Position numbers and translations under genes: made by a program. Shown one piece after another: positions 19,760 through 29,224 of a stretch of DNA of 64,000 nucleotides; position 1 is the first letter of the stretch, and every line of letters begins with the position of its first letter. Location of the stretch: the NCBI GenBank assembly GCA_963781195.1, contig CAWAEZ010000016.1, positions 40,523-104,522 of the forward strand, written 5' to 3'. This DNA comes from an uncultured Alphaproteobacteria bacterium (GTDB lineage: Bacteria; Pseudomonadota; Alphaproteobacteria; Rhizobiales; Xanthobacteraceae). The notes under the pieces are model-generated. The model was not told where the DNA came from. It saw only the letters and a list, made by a program, of their open reading frames with translations, and did no database searches.

Positions 19760-20050
19760 ATGGCCGATCACGGCGAACTTGAATACGCAACCGCTGAAGG
19801 CAACGACCTTCCTGCTCACGAGGCGACCTACGAGGGCTTCACCCACTTCGTCGTCATCGGCACCATCCATGTGATCACCGTGGTGGTCGGCCTCGCCATC
19901 GGCGGCGCGCTCGGCCACTGGCTGCTCTGTTCCTTGGTGGTCATCGCCGCCACCATTGCGGCCGGCCTGTCCGCCTGGACCGGATCGCGCCTCCCCGGCG
20001 CCGTCGTGCTGGTGCTGTCTCTGCTCACCCTGCTGCTTTCTGCCCATTAG
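19760..20050 (+). CDS. small membrane protein, aa3-type cytochrome oxidase subunit IV-like
   Basis: 96 aa starting MADHGELEYATAEGNDLPAHEATYEGF after a GGAGGG RBS. Has two TM helices and sits upstream of pntAA. Confidence 0.6.
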   Translation: MADHGELEYATAEGNDLPAHEATYEGFTHFVVIGTIHVITVVVGLAIGGALGHWLLCSLVVIAATIAAGLSAWTGSRLPGAVVLVLSLLTLLLSAH

Positions 20051-20097
20051 TCAGAGGCCGGGACCCTGGCCGGTCGCCACTGCGGGAGACGGCGTGA

Positions 20098-21225
20098 ATG
20101 CGCATCTTTGTAGCGCGTGAAAGCGATGCGGCGGAGCCGCGGGTCGCCGCCACGCCGGAAACCGTCAAGAAGCTGATGGCGCTCGGCGCCGAGGTTACGG
20201 TCGCGCCGGGGGCCGGGGTAAAATCCGGCGTTCTCGATGCCGACTACGAGGCTGCCGGCGCCACCGTGGCGGACGGCGCCCGGGACGCCGACGTGGTGCT
20301 GCGGGTGCGCCGCCCCACCGAGGCGGAGGTCGCCGGCTACAAGCCCGGCGCGCTGGTGATCGCCATCATGGACCCATTCGGGAACGATGCCGCCCTCGCC
20401 GCCATGGCGAAGGCCGGCGTGACCGCGTTCGCCATGGAGCTAATGCCGCGCATCACCCGGGCGCAGAGCATGGACGTGCTGTCGTCCCAGGCGAACCTGG
20501 CGGGCTACCGTGCCGTGATCGACGGCGCCGCCGAATACGGCCGCGCCCTGCCGATGATGATGACGGCGGCCGGCACCGTCCCCGCCGCCAAGGTGTTCGT
20601 CATGGGGGCCGGCGTCGCCGGTCTGCAGGCGATCGCGACGGCGCGCCGGCTCGGCGCCGTGGTGACCGCGACCGACGTGCGGCCCGCCGCCAAGGAGCAG
20701 GTCCAGAGCCTCGGAGCGAAATTCGTTGCCGTCGAGGACGACGAATTCAAGCAAGCCGAGACAGCCGGCGGCTACGCCAAGGAAATGTCCAAGGAATACC
20801 GTGCCAAGCAGGCCGCGCTGGTCGCCGAGCACATCAAGAAGCAGGACATCGTCGTCACGACGGCGCTGATCCCCGGGCGCCCGGCGCCGCGGCTGATCTC
20901 GGCGGACATGGTCGCGTCGATGCGTCCCGGCTCGGTGATCGTCGATCTCGCGGTCGAGCGCGGCGGCAATGTCGAAGGCGCCAGGCCGGGCGAACTCGCC
21001 GACGTCAACGGCGTCAAAATCGTCGGCTACAGCAATCCGGGCCGGCTCGCCGCCTCGGCCTCGAGCCTCTATGCCAGGAACCTGTACGCGTTCTTCGATA
21101 TCCTGGTCGACAAGAAGACCAAGGCGCTCGCGGTGAACTACGACGACGATATCGTCAAGGCGACGCTGCTCACCCGCGACGGCGCCGTGGTCCATCCGAA
21201 TTTCCAGCCGAAATCCGCCGCCTGA
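20098..21225 (+). CDS. pntAA: NAD(P) transhydrogenase subunit alpha part 1
   Basis: 375 aa with an alanine-dehydrogenase/PNT fold and the dinucleotide motif [14 protein letters not shown]. Confidence 0.9.
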   Translation: MRIFVARESDAAEPRVAATPETVKKLMALGAEVTVAPGAGVKSGVLDADYEAAGATVADGARDADVVLRVRRPTEAEVAGYKPGALVIAIMDPFGNDAALAAMAKAGVTAFAMELMPRITRAQSMDVLSSQANLAGYRAVIDGAAEYGRALPMMMTAAGTVPAAKVFVMGAGVAGLQAIATARRLGAVVTATDVRPAAKEQVQSLGAKFVAVEDDEFKQAETAGGYAKEMSKEYRAKQAALVAEHIKKQDIVVTTALIPGRPAPRLISADMVASMRPGSVIVDLAVERGGNVEGARPGELADVNGVKIVGYSNPGRLAASASSLYARNLYAFFDILVDKKTKALAVNYDDDIVKATLLTRDGAVVHPNFQPKSAA

Positions 21226-21232
21226 GGTGCCC

Positions 21233-21670
21233 ATGGCAACGATCAGTCCCGAGGAAGCCGCCAACCTCGCCCAAGCCGCCGCCGCAGTGGCCCGCCGGGC
21301 CGCCGACGCGGCGCAGGGCTATGCCGACGCCGCCGCCGTTGGCGCGCACGCGGTCACCGGCGGAGCGATCGATCCGTTCGTGTTCCGGCTGTCGATCTTC
21401 GTGCTGGCGGTGTTCGTGGGCTACTACGTGGTGTGGGCGGTCACGCCGGCGCTGCACACGCCACTGATGTCGGTCACCAACGCGATCTCCTCGGTGATCG
21501 TGGTCGGCGCGCTGCTGGCGGTCGGGGTGTCCCTGGTCGGGGCGGACGGTGGATCGGTGGTGGCCCGCGCGTTCGGCTTCGTCGCGCTGGTGTTCGCCTC
21601 GATCAATATTTTCGGCGGCTTTCTGGTCACCCAGCGCATGCTGGCGATGTACCAGAAGAAAACCAAGTGA
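21233..21670 (+). CDS. pntAB: NAD(P) transhydrogenase subunit alpha part 2 (membrane)
   Basis: Follows pntAA directly and contains the conserved [12 protein letters not shown] segment. GTG at 21227 is an alternative start. Confidence 0.85.
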   Translation: MATISPEEAANLAQAAAAVARRAADAAQGYADAAAVGAHAVTGGAIDPFVFRLSIFVLAVFVGYYVVWAVTPALHTPLMSVTNAISSVIVVGALLAVGVSLVGADGGSVVARAFGFVALVFASINIFGGFLVTQRMLAMYQKKTK

Positions 21671-21752
21671 ACGGCGCTCGTTTCGATGACGTCGGCGCGG
21701 CCCGAGGGACGGCAATGCACGGGACGACGCCCGCGATGAAGGTCATCTCCCC

Positions 21753-23150
21753 ATGAACGAAAATCTGGCCGCCCTGCTCTATCTCGTTGCCGGGGTGCTC
21801 TTCATCCTGGCGCTGCGCGGCCTGTCGAGCCCGGTATCGAGCCGGCGCGGCAACATGTTCGGCATGATCGGCATGACGATCGCGGTGCTCACCACGCTCG
21901 CCGCCCATCCGCCGGCGGGATTCGGTGCGTGGACGCTGGTGCTGGTCGGCCTCGGGATCGGCGGCGGCACCGGCGCGGTGATCGCGCGGCGGGTGCCGAT
22001 GACCTCGATGCCGGAGCTGGTGGCGGCGTTCCATTCGCTGGTCGGCATGGCTGCGGTGCTGGTCGCCGCCGGCGCTTTCTATGCACCGGCCGCGTTCGGC
22101 ATCGGCACGCCGGGCGCGATCCACCGGGCGAGCCTCGTCGAGATGTCGCTCGGGGTCGCGATCGGCGCCATCACCTTCACCGGCTCGGTGATCGCGTTCC
22201 TCAAGCTGTCCGGGCGGATGAGCGGCGCGCCGATCCTGCTGCCGATGCGCCATTACATCAACGGCGCCGTCGCCGGGCTCTTGATCTTCTTCGTTTGGGG
22301 CTTCGTGGTGTCCCAGAGCCCGGTCGACTTCTGGCTGGTCGCCTTCCTGTCATTCGCGCTCGGCGCACTCATCATCGTCCCGATCGGCGGCGCCGACATG
22401 CCGGTGGTCATCTCGATGCTCAATTCCTATTCGGGATGGGCCGCCGCCGGCATCGGTTTCACGCTGGGCAATTCGGCGCTGATCATCACCGGGGCATTGG
22501 TCGGCTCGTCCGGTGCGATCCTGTCCTACATCATGTGCAAGGGCATGAACCGCAACTTCTTCGCGGTGATCCTGGGCGGATTCGGCGGCGAAGTCGCCGG
22601 CCCGGCGTCGGGCGGAGAGGCGAGGCCCGTCAAGCTCGGCTCGGCCGAGGACGCCGCCTTCATCATGAAGAACTCCAGCAAGGTCATCATCGTGCCGGGC
22701 TACGGCATGGCGGTCGCCCAGGCCCAGCACGCTTTGCGCGACATGGCCGACAAGCTCAAGGCGGAAGGCGTCGAGGTCAAATACGCGATCCACCCGGTGG
22801 CGGGCCGCATGCCCGGCCACATGAACGTGCTGCTCGCGGAAGCCAACGTGCCCTATGACGAGGTGTTCGAGCTGGAGGACATCAATTCCGAGTTCGCTCA
22901 GGCCGATGTCGCCTACGTCATCGGCGCGAACGACGTCACCAACCCGGCCGCCGAGGACGATCCGAAGTCGCCGATCTACGGCATGCCCGTGCTCCAGGTG
23001 TGGAAGGCGGGCACCGTCATGTTCAACAAGCGCTCGCTCGCCTCGGGCTATGCCGGCATCGACAATCCGTTGTTCTACCGCGACAACACCATGATGTTGC
23101 TCGGCGACGCCAAGAAGATGACCGAGGAGATCGCCAAGGCGCTGGGCTGA
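21753..23150 (+). CDS. pntB: NAD(P) transhydrogenase subunit beta
   Basis: 465 aa: a membrane domain plus the dIII NADP(H) domain (VIIVPGYGMAVAQAQH, AIHPVAGRMPGHMNVLLAEA). Confidence 0.92.
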   Translation: MNENLAALLYLVAGVLFILALRGLSSPVSSRRGNMFGMIGMTIAVLTTLAAHPPAGFGAWTLVLVGLGIGGGTGAVIARRVPMTSMPELVAAFHSLVGMAAVLVAAGAFYAPAAFGIGTPGAIHRASLVEMSLGVAIGAITFTGSVIAFLKLSGRMSGAPILLPMRHYINGAVAGLLIFFVWGFVVSQSPVDFWLVAFLSFALGALIIVPIGGADMPVVISMLNSYSGWAAAGIGFTLGNSALIITGALVGSSGAILSYIMCKGMNRNFFAVILGGFGGEVAGPASGGEARPVKLGSAEDAAFIMKNSSKVIIVPGYGMAVAQAQHALRDMADKLKAEGVEVKYAIHPVAGRMPGHMNVLLAEANVPYDEVFELEDINSEFAQADVAYVIGANDVTNPAAEDDPKSPIYGMPVLQVWKAGTVMFNKRSLASGYAGIDNPLFYRDNTMMLLGDAKKMTEEIAKALG

Positions 23151-23321
23151 CACGCGCCGACCGGCCAACTGTTCCCAGTGGAACCGGTAAGCCCTTGTTT
23201 TTGAGTCGATCTTGTACGAGAAGGCTGCACCTTTTCGCGTTCATGCTCTAAGATCACCAGCCATCCGAGCGATCGCGATCCCGCGTAACGGGCTTGCAAA
23301 TCAGCTCGAGCCAGAGAGAGC

Positions 23322-23849
23322 ATGGTTCCGATACGTTTCAGGCAATCCGGGCGTTTCATGCCATCCGGACCCGGCATGGTGCGGGATCGGTGCAACGCGG
23401 GGGCTGCGCGGCGCCCTGCGGTCCTGAACCTGCCGGCCGCCCGCATTGCCGCGGCGCTGGTCGCGCTGGCCGGTCTTGCTCCGACCGGGGGCGCCGCCCA
23501 GGGACCGCCTTGTCATGCGCCGACCCAGACGATGCAGCGGATCGAGCTGATGTTCGGGCGCAATGTCGGCACCAGCCTCGCGGTCACCGAGGAGGACTGG
23601 CGCCTCTTCCTCACCCGCGAAGTGGTGCCTCGGTTCCCCGACGGCTTCAGCGTCGTCGATGCGGACGGCCCCCGGAGCGACCGGGACACCAGCCGGGTGG
23701 TGAACGAGCCCAGCAAGATCATCATCATCATCGCACCCGACAGTCCGGAAACCGAGACCCGGGTCGCCGCCGTGGAGGCGGCCTACAAAAGCCAGTTCCG
23801 GCAGGAATCGGTGGTCGTGGTGACGCGCGCCGTCTGCGCTTCCTTCTAA
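23322..23849 (+). CDS. DUF3574-like exported protein
   Basis: Core segment RIELMFGRN...VTEEDWRLFLTREVVPRFPDGFSVVDADG is typical of DUF3574. The start is uncertain; 23376 is possible. Confidence 0.55.
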   Translation: MVPIRFRQSGRFMPSGPGMVRDRCNAGAARRPAVLNLPAARIAAALVALAGLAPTGGAAQGPPCHAPTQTMQRIELMFGRNVGTSLAVTEEDWRLFLTREVVPRFPDGFSVVDADGPRSDRDTSRVVNEPSKIIIIIAPDSPETETRVAAVEAAYKSQFRQESVVVVTRAVCASF

Positions 23850-23868
23850 AAGAAGGTCCGGGCCGGCC

Positions 23869-24681
23869 TTGGGTGCGCTCGCATGGATCGGCATCGTGGC
23901 GCTCGGCGGCTATGCGGCCTTTGTCACCGCGCTCTATGTGTTCCAGCGCCGGCTGCTCTACCTGCCCCAGCCCGCGCCGGCTTCCCCGGCCGCAGCCGGA
24001 CTCCCGGAAGCCGAAGAGGTCATGCTCGAATCCAGCGACGGCGAGCGGCTGATCGCGTGGCACGTCCCGCCGCGCGCCGGCCAGCCGGTCGTGATCTATT
24101 TCCATGGCAACGCCGAGGTGGCCGCAAAGAATGTCCCGCGCCACCGCGCCCTGATCGCCGGCGGCGCCGGGCTCGTCGCCCTGTCCTATCGCGGCTATAT
24201 GGGCTCGTCCGGCTCCCCGACCGAAGCGGGCCTGCTGCGCGACGCGGAGGCTGCCTATCAATTCACTGCCGCCCGTTATCCCACGGACCGCATCGTGCTG
24301 TGGGGGCATTCGCTGGGATCCGGGGTCGCGGTCGCGCTCGCCGCCACCCGGCCGGTCGCCCGGGTTATTCTCGAAGCGCCGTTCTCATCCACGGCCGACG
24401 TCGCGCAACGAATGTTTCCGATGGTGCCGGTGCGGTGGCTGATGCACGACCAGTTTCGGTCCGACCAGCGCATCGGCGCCGTCACCGCGCCGCTCCTCGT
24501 GCTCCACGGCGCCCGCGACCTCGTGGTTCCCATCGGCCTGGGCGAGCGGCTGTTTGCCCTGGCCAATGCGCCGAAACGCTTCGTGCGCTATCCGGCCGGC
24601 GGCCACGACGATCTCGAGTTTCACGGCGCCGGCGCGGAGGCGCGGCGCTTCATCGCCGCGGATGAAAATTCCTATTCCTGA
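23869..24681 (+). CDS. alpha/beta hydrolase (S33/BAAT-like)
   Basis: 270 aa with an N-terminal TM helix, a GHSLGSG nucleophile elbow, and LHGARD...GGHDD. Confidence 0.8.
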   Translation: MGALAWIGIVALGGYAAFVTALYVFQRRLLYLPQPAPASPAAAGLPEAEEVMLESSDGERLIAWHVPPRAGQPVVIYFHGNAEVAAKNVPRHRALIAGGAGLVALSYRGYMGSSGSPTEAGLLRDAEAAYQFTAARYPTDRIVLWGHSLGSGVAVALAATRPVARVILEAPFSSTADVAQRMFPMVPVRWLMHDQFRSDQRIGAVTAPLLVLHGARDLVVPIGLGERLFALANAPKRFVRYPAGGHDDLEFHGAGAEARRFIAADENSYS

Positions 24682-24822
24682 GTCAAGGAGGGAGAGGGTC
24701 TGGCTCGGGCTCGGGCCGCTCCGGCAGGATTTTGGCAGGAGGTCTGGCACGTCGCACTTGCTGCAGGCGCTCAACGCCATTCCCATCGAAACGGCGAGCA
24801 ATACAGCCCAGATTTTGCGCAT
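24385..24822 (-). CDS. candidate small lipoprotein (3' end uncertain)
   Basis: MRKIWAVLLAVSMGMALSAC is a textbook lipobox signal. The ORF then continues about 300 nt antisense into the hydrolase gene, which is unlikely to be real. Confidence 0.25.
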   Translation of the reverse strand: MRKIWAVLLAVSMGMALSACSKCDVPDLLPKSCRSGPSPSQTLSLLDSGIGIFIRGDEAPRLRAGAVKLEIVVAAGRIAHEAFRRIGQGKQPLAQADGNHEVAGAVEHEERRGDGADALVGPKLVVHQPPHRHHRKHSLRDVGRG

Positions 24823-25193
24823 GCCTATCTCCCCACCACCGACGGGATGATACAGGAAAACGCTGAAAACTGCGAGGGGCAAGGTCAGGACGCAGTCAGG
24901 ACGGTCGGGTATTCGGTCAGACCCGCCGGACATCACGACCGGAGGATGTACCCGGCGCCCCGGGTTTCGCAACAGGCCACTTCCTGCCAGAAATGCGAAA
25001 CCCCAGCCGGCAGGAAGTCGGCTGGGGTCCCGGAACAGGGCCTTACGTCGGGAAGGATGACGAAGGCTACGGCAATTATGCCAGCCATCCCCTATTTGCG
25101 AAGATCAAAAAATGTGCACGCCGGCTCCTTGCGCATTCCGGCGATCGGAACAGGCGGGCGGGCCGGGCCGGTGCGGGCATTGCTCCCGATCGC

Positions 25194-25430
25194 TCAGGCC
25201 CGATCGAGCGCGCTCCGGCCGGCCGGCGTGAGCACGACCCGTGACGCCTTCATGGCACCGCCGTTCTCCAGGCGCACCAAACCGTCGCGAACCGCGTCCT
25301 CCCAGATCGAAAGGCGCGGACAGGTGCTCCGCCACGCGTCCATGGTCTCGCCGTAAGTGCGTGGACCATCGGCGACCCAGGCGAGAAATTGCAGGGTGAG
25401 GGCGGCGGAAGCGGTGGTGGAAGCATCCAT
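25194..25430 (-). CDS. hypothetical protein (78 aa)
   Basis: The MDASTTASAALTLQFLAWVADGPRTYGETMDAWR... portion is protein-like. The upstream part of the ORF is not. Confidence 0.45.
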   Translation of the reverse strand: MDASTTASAALTLQFLAWVADGPRTYGETMDAWRSTCPRLSIWEDAVRDGLVRLENGGAMKASRVVLTPAGRSALDRA

Positions 25431-25540
25431 TGGCAGCGTCCTCGGGCCGATCGCAGGCGCGTTCTCAAGGAATGGAGCACGCATCGGGGCCGGCGCCTGA
25501 ACGATACCAGTCACCCCACAGCCTACCCGGCACCGGCAAA

Positions 25541-25572
25541 ACGACAAAAGCCGCGTCGGAAACCGGCGCGGC
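25541..25572 (-). terminator. rho-independent terminator after rpsU
   Basis: 6-bp GC stem (GCCGCG / CGCGGC) followed by TTTTGTCGTTTT on the minus strand, about 30 nt after the rpsU stop. Confidence 0.45.
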
Positions 25573-25598
25573 GTAAAAAAACCTGTCCGGTAGGTCGT

Positions 25599-25898
25599 TC
25601 AGCGCGGCGGACGGGCCGCGCCGTTGCCGCCTGCGCCCGCACCGGGGCCGCGACCGGGAGCGCCGGTGCGCAGCAACGGCTTCGGCTTGCCGGGCAGCAG
25701 CCCCTCGCGCTGGGCGCGCTTGCGCGCCAGCTTGCGGGCCCGGCGGATCGCTTCCGCCTTCTCCCGGGCCCTCTTCTCGGAGGGCTTTTCGTAATGTCCG
25801 CGCAGCTTCATCTCGCGGAAAATGCCCTCGCGCTGCATCTTTTTCTTCAGCGCCTTGAGGGCCTGGTCGACGTTGTTGTCACGGACGAGAACCTGCAC
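25599..25898 (-). CDS. rpsU: 30S ribosomal protein S21 with Gly/Pro/Ala-rich C-terminal tail
   Basis: [47 protein letters not shown] is canonical S21. Confidence 0.9.
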   Translation of the reverse strand: MQVLVRDNNVDQALKALKKKMQREGIFREMKLRGHYEKPSEKRAREKAEAIRRARKLARKRAQREGLLPGKPKPLLRTGAPGRGPGAGAGGNGAARPPR

Positions 25899-26072
25899 GC
25901 GTCATCCTCTCAGAAGGCTCGAAAGTGCGGATCAAGCGCCAAAGTGCTGGATCACATCGCGGGGCTGGCAAATACGGCATCCGGCGCCCGCTCACGATTG
26001 GCGGGGCCTGTAGCAGAATTGAGGTCCGCTGTCCATGGATTGCGGACATTCGCTTCGATCACGAGGCGGATT

Positions 26073-26897
26073 TCATCCGGCCGGCCGCCTGTCCCTGATG
26101 GCGTCGAGGTAGCGGGCGACGGATGCCGCGAGAATCGCCTTGCTGCCGGTCGGGATCACCCGGTCGAAATAGTGGCCGTAGATGGCCTCGAAGGCGAACG
26201 GCGAAAGCGCACCGGCAATGGCTTCGACCTCGGCCGCGCAAAGCGGGATGAAATTCGGGTAACTGCGCATGAAGCTCAGCGACTTACGGTCGGTGGCGAC
26301 GGTCGCGATATCGCCCGAGCACAATGCGCCGCGCCCTCCCGCCCCGTCCGCCCAGTGCAGCACCGTGCCGCCGGGGAAGTGTCCGCCGCAGCGAATCAAG
26401 GTCACGCCGGGCCATAACGAGAGCGTCTCGCCCTCCCATAACCGGATCGCAGGGTCGGGCCGCATGATCCAGGCGCGGTCGGCCGCGTGCAGGTGGATCG
26501 GCGCGCCGTCGAACGCCCGGCTCCATTCCACCATGGAGGTGTAGAAGTGCGGGTGCGAGACCGCGATCGCCTGGATGCCGCCCAGCGCCTTGACGAGCGT
26601 CACCGTCGCCGCATCGATCATGGAGATGCAGTCCCACAGCACGTTGCCGCCGGCGGTGCGCACCAGCAACGCGCGCTGTCCGATCGCAAAGGCGGGCTGG
26701 GATCCGATGCCGATGAGGCCGGGCTCGTATTCGCGGTAGCTGTTGAAATGGGATGCCGCGAGCGCCGGCAACGTGGTCCAGGTCTGGCCGCGCGGCGGCA
26801 CGTATTGACGCTCGTCCTCGCAGATCGGGCACCGCTCCGGCGGCGCCTCGGTGGGCGCGAATTGTGCGCCGCAGGTCGTGCAGATGAAGGCCGGCAT
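26073..26897 (-). CDS. MBL-fold metallo-hydrolase with N-terminal Cys4 zinc-ribbon
   Basis: Start at MPAFICTTCG...CPIC. Carries the AVSHPHFY metal motif. The ORF upstream of 26897 is Arg-rich and non-coding-like. Confidence 0.85.
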   Translation of the reverse strand: MPAFICTTCGAQFAPTEAPPERCPICEDERQYVPPRGQTWTTLPALAASHFNSYREYEPGLIGIGSQPAFAIGQRALLVRTAGGNVLWDCISMIDAATVTLVKALGGIQAIAVSHPHFYTSMVEWSRAFDGAPIHLHAADRAWIMRPDPAIRLWEGETLSLWPGVTLIRCGGHFPGGTVLHWADGAGGRGALCSGDIATVATDRKSLSFMRSYPNFIPLCAAEVEAIAGALSPFAFEAIYGHYFDRVIPTGSKAILAASVARYLDAIRDRRPAG

Positions 26898-26926
26898 CTC
26901 GATCTCTCCCGACGGGCCGGACCCGC

Positions 26927-27877
26927 TCAGTGCGCCCGCACCTTCCGCGTCGCGCCGCTCGCGGGCCGGTCGCCGTAGCCGCGATAGAGGTCGCCGAACT
27001 CGGCGGCGAGTTCGTAGCACAATGTCAGCTTGCCGGCGCGCGGAAGCCATTGCGCGTTGGGGAAGCCGCAGCTTTCGGCCTCGATCGTAAACGGCGCCGG
27101 CCACGCGTAGGTGTCGGCCATTTGCGCCGCCACCGTCTCCAGCACCGCCATCGCGCGCAGCCCCTGCGCAATACCTTCGAGCTTGCCTTGGGCGTCGCCA
27201 TAGACCACGTCGATCTTGGTCTTCGGCTGGTTCGGGCCGCGCAGATGCGCCTTGAGCGCGGCATCCCAGGCGTTCGAAGCCGCGGTGAAGTCCGCCGCGC
27301 AGCCGTCCTGGCGCTCCTTGGGCAGCCGGGTCTGCGCGGCAAGATGCTGGTACTTCGCCTCGCCGGTCCCGACCATCAGGCACGCGATCCGTTCGGCGCG
27401 CTCCGCACCGATGCCGTGCTCGTCGTAATACGCGATCGGATCGCCGTTCTCCTCGTTGCGGTGATCGGATAGGAACCAGCCCTTCGCCGCGTCCTGGAGC
27501 ACGCGGTCGGGAAATGCGGAGCCCATTTTGACGAGTTGGGTGACGGCGAACGAATTGGCGGCGTCTTCCCGTGTGTCGGCCGCGGGCAGCTGCATCTGCG
27601 CCGTGGCCGCGTGGGCCATCCCGTGCAGCAGCACGAACAGCGTGTTTCCGGCCATGAACTCGGCGATCACCTCACGGTATTCCGGCGAGAGGCCCTTGTA
27701 GCGCGGATACTTGCCGAGCGCCTGGGCGGCGGCGTCGATCCGGCCCTGAAACGGATCGGGCTGCGCCAAAGCCGGCTGCGCCGCGAATGTCCCGGCCGCG
27801 AATGTCCCGGCGACCGCGAGAGCCGCAAGGCACGAGGGCAGCGGATCAATTCGTCGCCGGAGCACGCTGGTTCTCAC
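26927..27877 (-). CDS. exported DUF4344-like putative metallopeptidase
   Basis: 316 aa with a signal peptide. Overall resemblance to DUF4344, but the metal motif region reads LLHGMAHAA. Confidence 0.55.
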   Translation of the reverse strand: MRTSVLRRRIDPLPSCLAALAVAGTFAAGTFAAQPALAQPDPFQGRIDAAAQALGKYPRYKGLSPEYREVIAEFMAGNTLFVLLHGMAHAATAQMQLPAADTREDAANSFAVTQLVKMGSAFPDRVLQDAAKGWFLSDHRNEENGDPIAYYDEHGIGAERAERIACLMVGTGEAKYQHLAAQTRLPKERQDGCAADFTAASNAWDAALKAHLRGPNQPKTKIDVVYGDAQGKLEGIAQGLRAMAVLETVAAQMADTYAWPAPFTIEAESCGFPNAQWLPRAGKLTLCYELAAEFGDLYRGYGDRPASGATRKVRAH

Positions 27878-28119
27878 GGGTCCACCTCATGGTCTGAACG
27901 AATCGCTGGAACGATGCAGAGAGAACATCGCCCCCGATTCGACTTTGCAACAGATGCGACCAAACCGTGAAGCATCTTAATATACAAAACCGCGGCACCG
28001 CGAGGCTCTTCGGCGATGGGCCCGGCGTCGCCGCGCCCCCCTCTGGTGACCTTGCGCGGCCGCGGCCCAGGCCGACATTCCGAGCGAAACCCGGTCCCCC
28101 CGCATGTCGTGACGGTGTC

Positions 28120-29127
28120 ATGTTGGCTCGCCAACATTCCGCAGGTCGATCGGATTTGCGCCGCTTCGCCCTGGCCCGCCGCCGGCGCCTAAGGTCGTAC
28201 GAGGGAGGGCCCCGCTTGCAGACCGCCGGCAACTCTGGAGGCTTTCTCCGCATTACTTTGGTCACCGCGGTGGTCGTCATTCTGGCGGGTGTCGGCGCGT
28301 ATCTCCTCTTCGGTGGTCCGGCTGAGAACGCGACCTCGGAGTCCGGATCGGTGCAGGTGATCGGTTCGGAATCGATGCGCCCCTCCGTCACCGCCTGCGC
28401 GGAAGACTTCATGACCCGACATCCGCAGGCCGACGTCATCATCAAGGGCGGCGGCTCGGGAGACGGCGTTGCCGCGCTGCTGCACGGGATGGTCGACATC
28501 GGCATGTCGTCGCGCGAATTGTCGGACCGCGAACACGAGTTTGCGGCGACGCGTGGGGCCCAGATCTCGGATTTCGTCCTGGCGCTGGACGGCGTCACCA
28601 TCGTCATCAACCGGGCGAACCCGATCACGGTTCTGACCCTCGCCCAGCTTCGCGACATCTTCACCGGGAAGGTCGGCAACTGGCGCGAGCTTGGAGCCGG
28701 TGACGGCGACATTCTCCCCTTCGCACGCGCGGCCGGCTCCGGCACCGCGTCGCTGTTCGCAGACCGCGTGCTGCGCGACGAAGCCTATGCCCCCTCCGCC
28801 GAGCGGCTGTCCACCAACGAAGCCATCGTTGCCGAAGTCGCCGCAAAGCCGGGCGCGATCGGCTATGCGGGCATCGGCGCGCTGCGCACCGGGGGCACCA
28901 GGATCAAGGTGGTGCCACTCGCGGTGGATTTGCAATCGCCGCCGACGACGGCCACGCCCGCGACCATCGTGTCGGGCGAGTATCCGCTGAGCCGCAAGCT
29001 CCACCTCGCCACCATGGGCCCTCCGCTCGGGACCGCCAAGGCGTTCATCGATTTCTGCCTGTCGGAAAGCGGGCAGGCCTTGTTTCAACGGGTCGGCTAT
29101 GTCCCGGCAAAATCGTCGACGCAATGA
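28120..29127 (+). CDS. membrane-anchored PstS-family (phosphate-type) substrate-binding protein
   Basis: Has a TM anchor, then VIGSESMRP..., KGGGSGDG and DIGMSSRELS, which are typical of PstS-like PBPs. The start is uncertain; the ORF opens at 27967. Confidence 0.7.
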   Translation: MLARQHSAGRSDLRRFALARRRRLRSYEGGPRLQTAGNSGGFLRITLVTAVVVILAGVGAYLLFGGPAENATSESGSVQVIGSESMRPSVTACAEDFMTRHPQADVIIKGGGSGDGVAALLHGMVDIGMSSRELSDREHEFAATRGAQISDFVLALDGVTIVINRANPITVLTLAQLRDIFTGKVGNWRELGAGDGDILPFARAAGSGTASLFADRVLRDEAYAPSAERLSTNEAIVAEVAAKPGAIGYAGIGALRTGGTRIKVVPLAVDLQSPPTTATPATIVSGEYPLSRKLHLATMGPPLGTAKAFIDFCLSESGQALFQRVGYVPAKSSTQ

Positions 29128-29224
29128 CCCCGCCCGCGAATTGGCCTTGGTCGAAAGTCAGCGTTCACGACGTGACTTTTCCCGAACCGACCCGTCGCGA
29201 GGCAAACTCGCTTTGTGCGCACCG

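Noticed and set aside
19406-20047. N-terminal ~210-codon extension of the histidine kinase ORF.
   Set aside because: It reads through the tandem repeat array and antisense to the aa3-subunit-IV-like gene, and its composition is not protein-like. A good RBS and TM-helix start exist at 19405.
24741-24758. TGGCACGTCGCACTTGCT, a sigma-54-like sequence on the plus strand.
   Set aside because: The GG to GC spacing is 12 nt instead of 10. It lies inside or antisense to the lipobox ORF, with no downstream plus-strand gene.
25599-25690. The Gly/Pro/Ala-rich ~30-aa C-terminal tail on ribosomal protein S21.
   Set aside because: Extended S21 paralogs are, to my knowledge, common in high-GC alphaproteobacteria, so this is not unusual enough to flag.
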